From: Octopus bimaculoides
Lineage: Eukaryota
Assembly: GCF_001194135.2 (NCBI RefSeq)
Contig: NC_068986.1
Coordinates: 42,032,772-42,096,771 of the forward strand
Length of the DNA stretch: 64,000 bases
Reading direction: 5' to 3'
A model generated the notes under the pieces. It did no database searches, was not told the DNA's origin, and saw nothing but the letters and a program-made list of their open reading frames with translations. The translations under genes and the position numbers were made by a program. How positions within the stretch are numbered: the stretch's first letter is position 1; the number at the start of each line of letters is the position of its first letter. This document shows, piece after piece, positions 1-13,859 of this stretch.

Positions 1-42
<42 letters not shown>

Positions 43-153
43 TGCGTGTGTATTTTGGTGTGGTGTGCGTGCATATGTATGTGGGTATGTAAATATGTAA
101 CACATACACATGGATATACATACTCACACACATATACATATGTATATAATATA

Positions 154-640
154 CTAGCTGAGTATCCCATCGTTGCCGGATAATTTTCGGAATAGCACAC
201 TCATATAAGTTGTATATTCTCCGTTTAGATGAGAATTTTTCAAATTCTTTTTCACGACACCCTTGTAAATGATATGGGGAGGGAGGAAGGGGGGCTGCTT
301 CTGAAAGAAAATTTTTGAAAGTTTATGAACACCACTTCCACCTTCCGGACCGTTTTTGTCCATTTTTTTTTACACTAGGCATTTAAAAACGATGGGAGAC
401 GCTTTTTCAGTAAAAAAAAAAAAAAATGAAATTCAAAATTTATGAATTTATGAATTTTTTTCAATCACCTGTTCCCCACTCATTACCAATGTGGATTAAT
501 TTTGTTTTTGCAACACGCACTTAAAATGGTGGGAGAAACATTGAAAGGTGATAAAAAAAAAATCTGGAAATCAGTGATCCCACTTCCTATATTTTCAGAC
601 ACTACTTTAAAAACAATAGTGAAAAAAAAAAAAAAAAAAT
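154..640 (+). mobile_element. Possible Helitron/Helentron-type non-autonomous element
   Basis: Starts ACTAGCTGAGTATCCCATCGTTGCCGG after a (TA/CA)n tract, resembling DINE/HINE-like termini; the other end is not defined. Confidence 0.3.
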
Positions 641-1029
641 CATTAACCCAGTCTCCCGCCCATAAATCCTAAAATTTCGGCTTTTCTTCGAAATACTTTT
701 AATCAGTTTTAAAATGCGGGCATTTAGAATCTGCAATATTTCTGTTTGTAACTTCAAATAATTTTCAGGCGAAAATGCATGTGATTTTAGGAATATTTAG
801 CTGTTGTCTCTAGCATATCTCCCGACCACCTGATACCTTGCTCGTTTCTTTGTCAATTTGATATATATTGATGTTTTTAATAGTTTTCTCCCCATAAACA
901 CATTTTGTGCAATGATGATGCAGTGGCCCATTACTAGGATTTAAACAACAAAAATTAAACCTTTACCTGTCACACACATCAGGTGAGTCCGTTCGTCCGC
1001 ACGCGCGCGCATGTGCGTGCGTGTGTGTG

Positions 1030-2900
1030 TTTATTCCCATGCTTAATACTCATTACAATGGGTTGAGAACCATAGATGTATGCACCATCACTCTCTGTCG
1101 ATTCCTGCCTCTGGTCATATTTATGTATTCTGTTAGAGATATTCCGGTCCATTTTTGATGTCGTCTAGTATCTTCTCAGTCTCCTCTTTCCTTTTTCATT
1201 GACTCTTCCCTCTAAGATGTGGATACTGAGATTATTGTCCCTGATGACATGACCAAAATACTGCAGTCTTCTCCTCTTGATAATTGCCAAAATTCTCTTT
1301 CTGTTCTTTTTTCCACTAGTTTGTTCACTGGTCAGGTCCTCTATACTCCTCGGTAGCAGATTGTTTCAAATTCTTTGAGTTCAGCATTTGTCATTTGCTC
1401 TCAGGGTCCAGTTTTTACATCCACACACACCAACAAGTCAACATGAGTCTTCTTTGTTTTAACTGTTAAGAGGTTTAACTGATTATATTGCGTAATTTCA
1501 AGCTTGATATTGCTGCCACAAATCTTGCTCTTATTTTATGGCCGCCGTCTCATGATTATTCTACTAGGGTATCACCTACATATTTGATTTATTCTAATGT
1601 TATTCTTTGGTCCTGGAGCTGTTCTGTAGAGTTGTTGTGGTGTTTTGGTGCTACTATGAATCTTGTATTAATTTTCAGCTGGTATTCACTCTATATACTT
1701 TGTAAGTTATCCAGTTATGTCTGTAGAGTCTCTGGTGATGTTGATAAAAACTCTCATCAGCTCAATGCAGATTATTGACGTTCTTTTCTTTGATGGTGAT
1801 TCTTTCCCAACTAAATTCATCAACTGATTCTCTCATTGCCTCTTCAGAGCACGGAGAGAAGCGAAATTGAACTTCTTTCTTGATACAGATCCATGTTCTG
1901 ACAGTTGCTTGTAGAAAAGATTAAACAGGGTGACAACTTTACCATTCAGCTTTTCAAGATAGCCTGAAGGATTGGGTGTAGCACTGAATCGAATATCTTT
2001 TTGTAGTCTATAGAAGCCATGAACTGAGGGATAAAGAATTTTCGAGCTTTTTCCTTGATGACCCTAAGATGGAATATCTAGTTGCTTCTTGTTATTTTCT
2101 TTCCTCTGTATTAAGATCTGATACATAGGCGGATCTTGCTTGAGTGATTGACTAAGGCAATGGTGCGAAGATTGGTGTCTTCAGTGGCTCCTGAGGCTTT
2201 TGGTGTTAGAATAATTACTGATCTGATTCAATGCAAAGGCACTGTAAAGGAGAGTTTTTGGAGTATTTGCACCATCATCGGATTGTGTGTTTTCAATAGC
2301 TCTGCAAGTAGATCATCAATTCCAAAGCTTTGTTTCTTTTCTCTTTTTAGAAGTCAACTAATAGCATGTCTTATTTCAGACCTGAGTGCTGCAGAAAAAT
2401 TAAATGGCTCACCATTACTGACCTTTCCTGGTTGTGAGATATCATTCTCCGCATTCCTGCCATCCTTGAGAATGCTTCTGTAGATTATCAAGCACTGTAC
2501 CATCTCAGTCTTTGATGTTTTGCTGCTTTAATTGGAATACTTATTTTAGGCTTTTGATAATGCTGTACGCTTTTCTTATGTTACAAAAGCTTAATCTGTC
2601 ATGAAGATTAACATATTTGTCTTCCTGCCTTCTCGCCTCTTTTTGCACTGCTCTTTTGCTCTCTAGATATCTTTGCTCTCCATTCTTTATGGCAGATCAT
2701 TTGTTGTGAGTTCCATTTTCCTTTCTAATAGTTGTAGGATCTTTTCAGATATTCAAGGGAGTTTATCTTTTCGAGGTTCTATGCTAAGAACTTCTTCTAC
2801 TGTGGTTTTTATGGCACCCTTTATTCTCATCAAAATATTTTGTGGTAAACATCTGATGAAAGAAGAACGTTTACCATTCTTTCATCTGTTGTAATACCTC
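1030..2900 (-). mobile_element. Decayed RTE-clade LINE (end of APE, RT, C-terminus)
   Basis: Minus-strand relics FMASIDYKKIFDSV (RT), KVVTLFNLF, and LQYFGHVIRD...ILEGRV (RTE C-terminus); many stops and frameshifts. Confidence 0.8.
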
Positions 2901-2996
2901 AAACTTGTACTTTACTGCCATTACAAAGGTACGTGCATGCACACACACACAGGCACTTACATACGTACATACATACACACATTCAAAAAGACACGG

Positions 2997-3047
<51 letters not shown>

Positions 3048-3073
3048 CATCTATCTATCTATCTATCGTCTAT

Positions 3074-3106
<33 letters not shown>

Positions 3107-3140
3107 CATACATAATAATACATACTTACATACATACATT

Positions 3141-3638
3141 TTACGTTGTCCGAGAAGTTCTGGGCGTTTTTTAATAAGCAAAAATAGATATACTTCAGGA
3201 ACCGTACTTTTAGAAACTTCCAGCTCCTCTGCAAGTTCTCTAGTCGTAATATTTGCGTTTTCTTTGATTTTTGTCTTCAAAACATCTTCATCCAATTTTG
3301 GAGATCTTCCACTGCGACTGTCATCTTCCAAGCTAAACTCTCCAGCTTTAAATTTTGCAAACCATCTTCGAAAAGTTGATTCAGCTGCAGCATCATTATT
3401 TTAGCATTTTCTCCATTTTAAAAAAGAGAAGTATAACAATGCGAATATAAAATTTGTGGTTATCCATTTCAAATATCAATAAAGGGTAACCGGAATGAAA
3501 AGTAAATCTATTTTTAGTCAGGAACAAAGAAGCGATACACTACCATTTCAAGTTTTAACAGTGTTACGTTTTAGGTGTGTTCAATTAAGCATTATAAGAT
3601 TTAGCTTAAAAACGCCCAGAACTTTCCGGACAACCTAA
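3141..3638 (-). mobile_element. Internally deleted mariner
   Basis: ~30-bp TIRs (TTACGTTGTCCGAGAAGTTCTGGGCGTTTT / AAAAACGCCCAGAACTTTCCGGACAACCTAA); HTH relic FRRWFAKFKAGEFSLEDDSRSGRSPKLDEDVLK...TTRELAEELEVSKSTV; catalytic domain missing. Confidence 0.9.
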
Positions 3639-4567
3639 CATATATANNNNNNNNNNNNNNNNNNNNNNNNNNNNNNNNNNNNNNNNNNNNNNNNNNNNNN
3701 NNNNNNNNNNNNNNNNNNNNNNNNNNNNNNNNNNNNNNNNNNNNNNNNNNNNNNNNNNNNNNNNNNNNNNNNNNNNNNNNNNNNNNNNNNNNNNNNNNNN
3801 NNNNNNNNNNNNNNNNNNNNNNNNNNNNNNNNNNNNNNNNNNNNNNNNNNNNNNNNNNNNNNNNNNNNNNNNNNNNNNNNNNNNNNNNNNNNNNNNNNNN
3901 NNNNNNNNNNNNNNNNNNNNNNNNNNNNNNNNNNNNNNNNNNNNNNNNNNNNNNNNNNNNNNNNNNNNNNNNNNNNNNNNNNNNNNNNNNNNNNNNNNNN
4001 NNNNNNNNNNNNNNNNNNNNNNNNNNNNNNNNNNNNNNNNNNNNNNNNNNNNNNNNNNNNNNNNNNNNNNNNNNNNNNNNNNNNNNNNNNNNNNNNNNNN
4101 NNNNNNNNNNNNNNNNNNNNNNNNNNNNNNNNNNNNNNNNNNNNNNNNNNNNNNNNNNNNNNNNNNNNNNNNNNNNNNNNNNNNNNNNNNNNNNNNNNNN
4201 NNNNNNNNNNNNNNNNNNNNNNNNNNNNNNNNNNNNNNNNNNNNNNNNNNNNNNNNNNNNNNNNNNNNNNNNNNNNNNNNNNNNNNNNNNNNNNNNNNNN
4301 NNNNNNNNNNNNNNNNNNNNNNNNNNNNNNNNNNNNNNNNNNNNNNNNNNNNNNNNNNNNNNNNNNNNNNNNNNNNNNNNNNNNNNNNNNNNNNNNNNNN
4401 NNNNNNNNNNNNNNNNNNNNNNNNNNNNNNNNNNNNNNNNNNNNNNNNNNNNNNNNNNNNNNNNNNNNNNNNNNNNNNNNNNNNNNNNNNNNNNNNNNNN
4501 NNNNNNNNNNNNNNNNNNNNNNNNNNNNNNNNNNNNNNNNNNNNNATATATATATATATATATATAT

Positions 4568-6530
4568 AATCAAATTAAGCAACACAATATCCAGAGTTGA
4601 TGCAGTACGACCGTTTCAGCGGCTCCATTTAAATGCAGGGCTGTCCTCAGCTACATAAATAAATAGAATTTATTTACTCAGTCGGACATAATTGTATAAT
4701 TTTACTTAAATCCTCTAAGAGGGTCAGATGACAGACAAAGTCCATGCTGTTTTCACTTCAGCTTAGAAGCTTCAGGAAAAAATTTGTTTGTCATAGCTTG
4801 TCACTGAGTTTGGTTCAGTTTTAATTTATTGGTCTTGTTTATCAAATCTTTGTATATTCAAATCTAAGACTAGAGAATAGTGTCTGTTAGGAAAGGGCAT
4901 GAGGCAATTGACAGAATCATAATGGGTATAGTCATAAAACCTGTCAAGATTATTTTGAAGTAGTATAAAGTAACTGGCTATAATGAGGTTTGGTAGTGGA
5001 AGACCTCAAGTCAACATGTTAATTACCAGTTAAAGGGGCAAGACGCTAATAAAACCAATGATGATAATACGGAGGAAATTTTATCAAGGGGTACTATAGG
5101 TGATTGATTTAAACAATATTGTTATATTTTATAACGATAAAATTTAGGGTTATCAAGAAAATTCTTATAACCAAACAGATAAATTTCGAATAACTTTGAA
5201 TATATACCAAAATTTTCAACAATAGAGAGATAAAAACCGTTTTACATAGAATTAGTTTAATATTCATTCATATACTTAATTATTTACTTATTAGGTGATA
5301 TCTTAAAAGACTGATCACTGGCATTTACTAAAGGAATACTGGGAGTGCTAACTATATATTAATTATAATCTAAGAGGTATATTTATAAGTTGTGAAGTTA
5401 CCGGTGCTTTTATATACAAGCTAATATAAATTTTTAGGGGCACAAAATTAGGAGGCTTAATTACATAAAGGCTATTATAAAAATGATATGATCAGTAGGG
5501 TAGAACACCGTAGAAAGGAATAAATAGTTTAATCACTAAACCCACGATGAAATATATATACCATATTATCATCAATAGAAAGAGAAGATTAAATAGAATT
5601 TGTTTAATAATTCTATCATTTTACTTATTTATTTATTAAGTGATATCTATTAAAACTGATCACTGGTATTTACTAAAGAAATATTGAGGTGATATAACAT
5701 GCTAACTATATATTAATTATATGCTAAGAGGTATGATATAAGTTGTAAAGTTTCCAGTGTTAATACATACATGATAATATAGTTTCCTAGGGGTACAAAA
5801 TAGGAGGACTACTTATATAAAAGCCTTTATAAAAATAATAATACGATCAGAAGGGTGGAACACTATAGAAAGGAATAAATAGTTTAATTACAAAAACCAT
5901 GATGAAGTTAGACTAATTAGGTAGGAATATTCATAGGATAGTATACTAACTCCATGTAGCACACTAACTTACTATACTATATAGCTTATANNNNNNNNNN
6001 ATATATATATATATAATATTAAAGGGTAAGTATAATTAAATAAAACACTAAAAAATTTTAAAAGTTAGTTTCCATCAATTCAGTTCAAGCACAACACCTA
6101 TAAAACGCTATTTTCGAAAATATTTAAAAGTACGGGTGACACTATATACCTTTAGGTCTAATCTATCGTTAATCAGGTTGCTCTCGTCCTTATGCTTAAA
6201 AATCTCATGTTTCCTTAGAGAATAGCTCACACCCGTATCTACAATTTCTATAAGGCTGTGCTTTCCTTATTATTTCCCATTTAAGGCTAAACCCAATCCT
6301 GCTTTCCTTCAGTTTCCAAATCTTATTAGATAATGACGTACAATTAGCCTTATGTTTATGTATAAAAGACATAACAATCGAACATCCTATATATATATAA
6401 AGTTAGCAGTTATAGCTCTGCATTTAAATTGATGTAATGGTTGCATTGTTCAATTAAATGGAGTCCCATGAAACGGTTGTACTGCATCACCTCTGGATAT
6501 CCTGTTGCTTATTTTGATTTTATTCACCTT
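4568..6530. mobile_element. Penelope-like-derived segment bounded by ~70-bp inverted repeats carrying a hammerhead motif, with an internal diverged ~330-bp tandem duplication
   Basis: 4568-4636 is the reverse complement of ~6452-6528; ~5230-5560 is similar to ~5590-5905. The Penelope assignment is inferred from this structure. Confidence 0.55.
4601..4655 (-). ncRNA. Minimal type-I hammerhead ribozyme motif
   Basis: Minus strand: stem I TGTAG/CTGCA, core CTGAGGA, stem II AGC...GCT, GAAAC, loop GGTC, GTA cleavage triplet. Confidence 0.72.
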
Positions 6531-6613
6531 ATTTTGAAGTTGTACGGTTAATACCGCACTAATTCTTGGTGCTCAACTTAAGTACCTAATTCATCTGATT
6601 CTCAATAATTTTG

Positions 6614-6644
<31 letters not shown>

Positions 6645-7447
6645 NNNNNNNNNNNNNNNNNNNNNNNNNNNNNNNNNNNNNNNNNNNNNNNNNNNNNNNN
6701 NNNNNNNNNNNNNNNNNNNNNNNNNNNNNNNNNNNNNNNNNNNNNNNNNNNNNNNNNNNNNNNNNNNNNNNNNNNNNNNNNNNNNNNNNNNNNNNNNNNN
6801 NNNNNNNNNNNNNNNNNNNNNNNNNNNNNNNNNNNNNNNNNNNNNNNNNNNNNNNNNNNNNNNNNNNNNNNNNNNNNNNNNNNNNNNNNNNNNNNNNNNN
6901 NNNNNNNNNNNNNNNNNNNNNNNNNNNNNNNNNNNNNNNNNNNNNNNNNNNNNNNNNNNNNNNNNNNNNNNNNNNNNNNNNNNNNNNNNNNNNNNNNNNN
7001 NNNNNNNNNNNNNNNNNNNNNNNNNNNNNNNNNNNNNNNNNNNNNNNNNNNNNNNNNNNNNNNNNNNNNNNNNNNNNNNNNNNNNNNNNNNNNNNNNNNN
7101 NNNNNNNNNNNNNNNNNNNNNNNNNNNNNNNNNNNNNNNNNNNNNNNNNNNNNNNNNNNNNNNNNNNNNNNNNNNNNNNNNNNNNNNNNNNNNNNNNNNN
7201 NNNNNNNNNNNNNNNNNNNNNNNNNNNNNNNNNNNNNNNNNNNNNNNNNNNNNNNNNNNNNNNNNNNNNNNNNNNNNNNNNNNNNNNNNNNNNNNNNNNN
7301 NNNNNNNNNNNNNNNNNNNNNNNNNNNNNNNNNNNNNNNNNNNNNNNNNNNNNNNNNNNNNNNNNNNNNNNNNNNNNNNNNNNNNNNNNNNNNNNNNNNN
7401 NNNNNNNNNNNNNNNNNNNNNNNNNNNNNNNNNNNNNNNNNNNNNNN

Positions 7448-7478
<31 letters not shown>

Positions 7479-8659
7479 ATTCTTTTGGGGAATATTAGAG
7501 CTTAAAGCACTTCACATAAGTCTATATTATTTATAGCTTTATGTGATATGCTCAGAAATCCAATGTCTCAAAATAGAAATATTTTGATTTGCCTTGAAGG
7601 CTTATGAAATTCTTATGACGTCAACATATACACACACAGCAACACATATTAGAAAATAATAATTTCAGCTCATATTAAAGACTAAATGAGAAATTAATAG
7701 ACATTCATTGGCAATCAAATCACCTGTCCAGCATATTAAGGAACTTAATGAACAAGATTTGTAAACGGGTATCCTCGATAATTTCTGATGAAAATTCTTT
7801 AATAGGACGTTCAGAATATTTCAATCTCTGATAAAATTATTTGCCAAAGGAGCATTTAGAGTATACAGTATAAGAATAGAAATTGGAAAGGGAATATTTA
7901 CTGCAACAGTGAGAACTGATATAGCTAGGGGATTTCCTAATTTTTATAGACTAATAGTACAATTTCAGTAGGAAGTGTGTTAAGGTTAGTTACTCAACTA
8001 GTAAGTATTTCTGTTGTTATATCAGATATAATGCAGCAAGTTTGATTGAAACAGAAATAATTCAACTACAGAATTTTTCAGAATTGACTTCTAGATAGCG
8101 TTTGACAAAGCCGTATACAGCGCTAAATTTGAAACAAACAACTGAAGAGAAGCTAAATTATATACTGAAGCAACTAAATTTACATTAAAATATTGAATTT
8201 ATATGCAAAAATGTTTATTTGTCAGCCAAGATAAAATACACTATAGTTCTGCAGAAATTTATACAGTTTTTACATAAGGCAACTCCCCACGAATCAAATA
8301 TCACGTAATCTATTGTAAGCAACGTACATCCTTATAGGAAGTTTAAGCAAAAATTTCTTGAAAAGTATCTGAAGGTAAAAATTCGAACGAAAGAACAGAA
8401 CAACTATCACTTTGTATGCACGAAATTAAATATCTTTTGTGTAAGCACTAGCTTCCTTGATTTTCAGCCTGTTTCAGAAGAAAAGTGTTTGTTTCAAAGT
8501 TATATATTTTATCTTTTACTTGATTCAGTCATTAGACAGCGACCATACTGGAGCACCTTCTAGAAAGGTATTGTCGAACAAAACCGTCTAGTACTTATTC
8601 TATAGGTCATTTTTGCCCAACCACTAAGTAACAAACCGTAAACAGAACAACAATGATTA

Positions 8660-10742
8660 CACAATGTAACACATGCTTTGTTTATTTGTATTTTTTAATG
8701 TTCATATATGCATTTTTTGCCACTAAATTAAAAAATCACATTTGTTTTGACTTAACATCGATAGTTATTTATTTATTCCTAATTTCATATTTGCTCGTTA
8801 TATTTGTAACTTTTCTCTACAGCACTTTGTTGGTTCAATCTATTCTAGTATTGTAAGGATAATTACAAAACATTTAGTACTTTTTCATATATTGAAAGGT
8901 ATTTAGAAAGTATAATATTAGTTTGAACAAAAAAGAAACAATAAAATTCTGCACTGTAAATGCCTTGATAACTCTTTTCTTAAGATGAGAAGTACTTTGA
9001 CGATCGAGATTTTCTGGAGTGTATACCTTCATCTCTTTTAACTAGAGACCATATATAATCTCCCATCATAGCAGTATCTCATCGTCCTTGTTATCTTCTT
9101 TCCATAGTTGGGCTGTCCAGATGAAATCTCTCACCATGCTCCTCACTGACATCACCCAAGTTTTCGGGGAAAAATCTAGTTGAGAGTGCAAAACATGAAC
9201 CTTTAAGGACATACGACAACCCATTTTCTTGACGTTTTCAATAAGCTTTGCTACCAGTTGTTTGTAATTAGGATCCTTGTAATTTCCTAGGAATCCACGA
9301 ACTACATCGCGAAATGCACACCAAGCTTCTTTTTCAACTTTTGTCATTGCTCTTTCCAGTTTCATCGACTTTAACATTGCATTTACTTGGGGCCCAACAA
9401 ATACGCCACCCTTGATCTTAGCCTCAGATAGCTTTGGAAACATAAGATAAATTTCTTGAAGAGCCTCTCCTCTAAAAAATGATCATCATCAGCTCTGCTG
9501 TCCTATAAGCAAAGGAAATATGAATACTTTGTGTATCCCCCTTGCAAGCCAAGTAAGAAGGCAAGAATCTTTGAAATCACCACAAACATCCCACTTGAAC
9601 TCAACGTAATTTATTTTGTCAAGAAATTCTTTGACATTATCGTAATTTTCTTTCTTCTGTATGGAGTATGCAAGAGGCAAAGAAGGATATTTATTTCCAT
9701 TGTGGAGCAACACTGCTTTGAGACTTCATGTTGAGCTATCTATGAACAGTTGCCATTCTGAAGAATCATGCTTGAGTCCAATAGCAGTAAACAAACCAAT
9801 CACATCTTTACAATAACACAGAACATTAATATTTTCATAGTAAATTTCAAATTCTTCATGGCGTTTCCGGTACACAGATGTCTTGCAGTCTTTCCCCAGT
9901 ATATTCCATTCCTTCAACTTTGATGAAAGAAGTTCAGCTCCTGACTTAGTAAGACCCAAATCCTTGATTAAATCATCTAGCTCACTCTGATATGCAAAGT
10001 GAGGCTCCGAAGTCGTTCTTGGTACGAAAGCTTCCTCCATTTCTTGACTGCTGCTACTTGTTGACTCTTCTGATGAAATATTTTCTGGTGTTAGTGGTAC
10101 TCGTAAACTGTCATCATGTGGGACAAGTGCTCCAGATGATGGTATGTCTGGATACTGAAGAGCTTGTCTTCCTTTCACTTTTCTGTACTTTGTCACATCG
10201 ATCATACAAAAGTAACAGTCATCGTGATGGTTCTTTGGCTCTCTCCATACCCTTGGAATGGCAAAAGGCATTGACCTTCCTGTACCTCTTAACCATCCTT
10301 CTAGAGTAGATTGACAGCTTCCACATATTACATGTGGGGCCCATGGTTTGTCCTGGTCACCCATGAGCATTCCGAAATAGAGTCTGTACGCTATCCACAA
10401 TTTGGTACCTTTCACGATCTTACGTAATAACTGCTTTTTTCCAGTATAATAACCACATGCATAGCAAAATGTATCTGGAGAATTTTTACATACTCTAGTA
10501 GCCATTCGGAAAGTAGCAGAACTTAGTAATTGGTCTGAAAGAGAAAATTAGACATACATTTAGTAGCGGAACATTATAACAATGCCGAATATATAATAAC
10601 ATTGAAAGTCAACATATTTTTTTTAACTGTTGATGATACACAAAAAATAATTTCATTTTTGGAATCAGTAGAAAAAAAATGGATTGATAAACAATAAAAA
10701 AATACAATAAAGAATTTTTTTTAAAAAAATTGTTACGTTGTG
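8660..10742 (-). mobile_element. Chapaev3-type (CMC) DNA transposon with a disrupted transposase
   Basis: TIRs CACAATGTAACA / TGTTACGTTGTG, TTA on both flanks. Transposase 10505->9066: FCYACG, GDQDKPWAPHVICGSC, WREPKNHHDDCYFC, LFIDSS, LLHNGNKYPSLP, KLSEAKIKGGVFVGPQ, MSLKVH. Frameshifts plus an internal deletion near 9480. Confidence 0.9.
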
Positions 10743-12913
10743 TTATATCGCGCCGCTGGGGAGACATTACAAAGACACACATGCACATATATATACGACG
10801 GTCTGCTACTGTTTCCATCAACCAAATTCAGTCATTGGGCCATAGTATAAGACACATGCCAAGGTTTAGCGCTGTGGTACTTAATTTGAAACCACGCTGC
10901 TGCAAAGCGAACTACTTAACCACGCGGCCAACGCAATTTCATAATGCGAGTTGTTAGAGTGACCATTTTGTGTACAGTTTATAAACTGAATACAATGATA
11001 AGTAATAAAAAAAAGTAAAACAAAACAAAAACGAAAACAATAAACCATTTGAAGTATTATGTATCAGCGTGAAATTGAAGTCGCTTTTATAAGTTGGTAT
11101 GTATTACAGAATAGCATACTTTTACACACTGAGTTGTGTAATATACCACTTCTTGATGAATCAAAAGAAATTAATGCAGACACGCATACATACACACGCA
11201 CGTGCGCGCGCGCACGCATACATGCAGAGACACAGACACACACATACACACACACGTGATGGGATGCATTCAGCACTTGGCCTACATTCCATTCAGGTTT
11301 CGTCTCTTATCGTTAATCACTTTCAACTCCCACCGTTGCATGCTCATACGAGGACATGTGTAGTCTGATGTGAGCTGTAACGTAATATAAAGACCACATT
11401 AATGAGAGGAAAGAACATGACCTTGAGCTTTGACTCTCCTTTATTTCATCTGTAACTTGTGTTTCAGTATTCGGTAATGCATGATATTACACTACAGATG
11501 CAAAATTCACACCTCATAATGGCAGCGTGCGTAGCTAAATATATTACACGCCAGAGAGATGCGGCAAGAAAATTTAAACATCCAAGAAGTTAAAGGGTAG
11601 AACGGGTGGGGAGAGTAGGAAGAGGTGGGTTGGGATCATGGCTTCCAGAACCACAAATATGGACTGGTGTTGGGTTGAATCGGTGTGAACTGCTGACCAA
11701 TTTTGGGACACAATTCGCACTTATGTGACCTTAGGAAAAGGGAGACAGACGAACGAGTAGGTAACACGTCGGGTAGCCAGCAGGACATTTTAGGCGTAAT
11801 AAACGAACACCGCTAGGAGAAGTAGGAATAAATAATGTTGTTAGGGTATGGTGTAGGATGTGGGATGTGGGATGTTGGGGTGGCTTAATTTTATAGCCGT
11901 GTGTCATGCATATGTGTATGGGCTTGTAAACCTCACAGTTGAGTTGGCGACTAACATATAATTCCTCTTATTGCGGTGAGAGGAACACTGGGGGATGGGG
12001 AAGAGCCAATCTTTATATTCATGATGCAATTATAAATATACACATCAGTTTCCTAGGGTGTATGAGCGCTCTGAGAAAAGGAGCAAAAAATTCATGCTTA
12101 AATTTTAAGCAGACGCCTGGACGAAAGGAGATCTTCAATATCATTTTTTATTCAGCCAACTATAGCCTGCAATTTCTACAACTGCTAGAGTAATTTTGCA
12201 CTCTTCAAGTATTTTTTTCTTGATGTCGTAATACACGGTGTTGTTTTTTCAATGTCCATACATGTCACGTTAAAGTTGTGATATTACAGCGCTCTTGGAT
12301 ATTCACAAGGCCCACAATTTTGGGGGAGGGGGCCAGTCGATTAGATCGACCCAGGTACGCAATTGGTACTTAATTTATCGATCACGAAAGGATGAAAGTA
12401 AAGTCGACCTCGGTGGAATTTAAACTCAGAAAGTAAAGACAGACGAAATACCGCTAAGCATTTCGCCGATAAGGTTTCTGCCAGCTCGCTGCCTATTTCT
12501 CTTGGATATTAAACGAGGACGTGGTTGTTAAATCTGATCCTAATTGGGACTTTCGTAACGCCAACATAATTTTGTACGTTCGTAACTCAAATGAAATCCT
12601 CCCACACTATCTCCATCTCTTACCTAACAGTGTCTATATTTCATTGACCGTTTAAGGTGCATATGAATTTACCTCTGTATGAGTAGTCTGCTTCTCTTCT
12701 AGGTTTGTGGGTACGTGTTCATGTTTTCTTAATGGCAAGTGTACAGCTAAAACGACCCTCGCCGTTTGTCTCTTAAATAATTTTCTGCATAAATTTGGGG
12801 CAAATGCTTATCGACTAAATTGAGGAAGATCCTACATACACAAGTTTTGACAATGGCATGAAACCATTTGGTAATTTAGCTTTATCGAGACTATAATATA
12901 ATATATTAACACA

Positions 12914-13003
<90 letters not shown>

Positions 13004-13179
13004 TTTAATGCGTTTCAGCCCAAAGGTTGTGGCAGTGCTGTGGCACCACCAGTATATCACCTCAACTTCAACTTATACATGCATACATTCAAACACACAT
13101 ACATACATCGTATACGCAAATATATGCATGCAATATATTAGCACATGCACATACGCATACACAAAAATGCATATATACA

Positions 13180-13219
<40 letters not shown>

Positions 13220-13251
13220 CGGTCATTTTTCAAAGGAATTCTCAATGGCTG

Positions 13252-13314
13252 GATAACTGAAGAGATGTTGGCGTGGACCCCCCCACCCTGGCATCCGAAA
13301 CTCGGACTTTTATC
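13252..13314 (+). ncRNA. Type-I hammerhead ribozyme motif (probably impaired in stem III)
   Basis: Stem I GATAA/TTATC, core CTGAAGA, stem II GATG...CATC extended by GTGG/CCAC, GAAAC, then TCGGA-CTT with a C opposite C15.2. Confidence 0.65.
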
Positions 13315-13859
13315 ATGGCTACTGNNNNNNNNNNNNNNNNNNNNNNNNNNNNNNNNNNNNNNNNNNNNNNNNNNNNNNNNNNNNNNNNNNNNNNNNNNNN
13401 NNNNNNNNNNNNNNNNNNNNNNNNNNNNNNNNNNNNNNNNNNNNNNNNNNNNNNNNNNNNNNNNNNNNNNNNNNNNNNNNNNNNNNNNNNNNNNNNNNNN
13501 NNNNNNNNNNNNNNNNNNNNNNNNNNNNNNNNNNNNNNNNNNNNNNNNNNNNNNNNNNNNNNNNNNNNNNNNNNNNNNNNNNNNNNNNNNNNNNNNNNNN
13601 NNNNNNNNNNNNNNNNNNNNNNNNNNNNNNNNNNNNNNNNNNNNNNNNNNNNNNNNNNNNNNNNNNNNNNNNNNNNNNNNNNNNNNNNNNNNNNNNNNNN
13701 NNNNNNNNNNNNNNATGAAAAATAACTTTTAGGAACAATAGTGGTTTATTGAAACGAAAGGTTGTGGATTTTTTCTTATAGAATTATGATAAATTGAAAA
13801 AAAGTTCTCTTTATATTTCACGGTAGGAAACCAGAGTTCATGGGTATGCGAATAAGGAT

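Noticed and set aside
975-990. Strong donor CAG|GTGAGT
   Set aside because: No coding frame or acceptor can be tied to it; it could be a UTR exon but cannot be supported.
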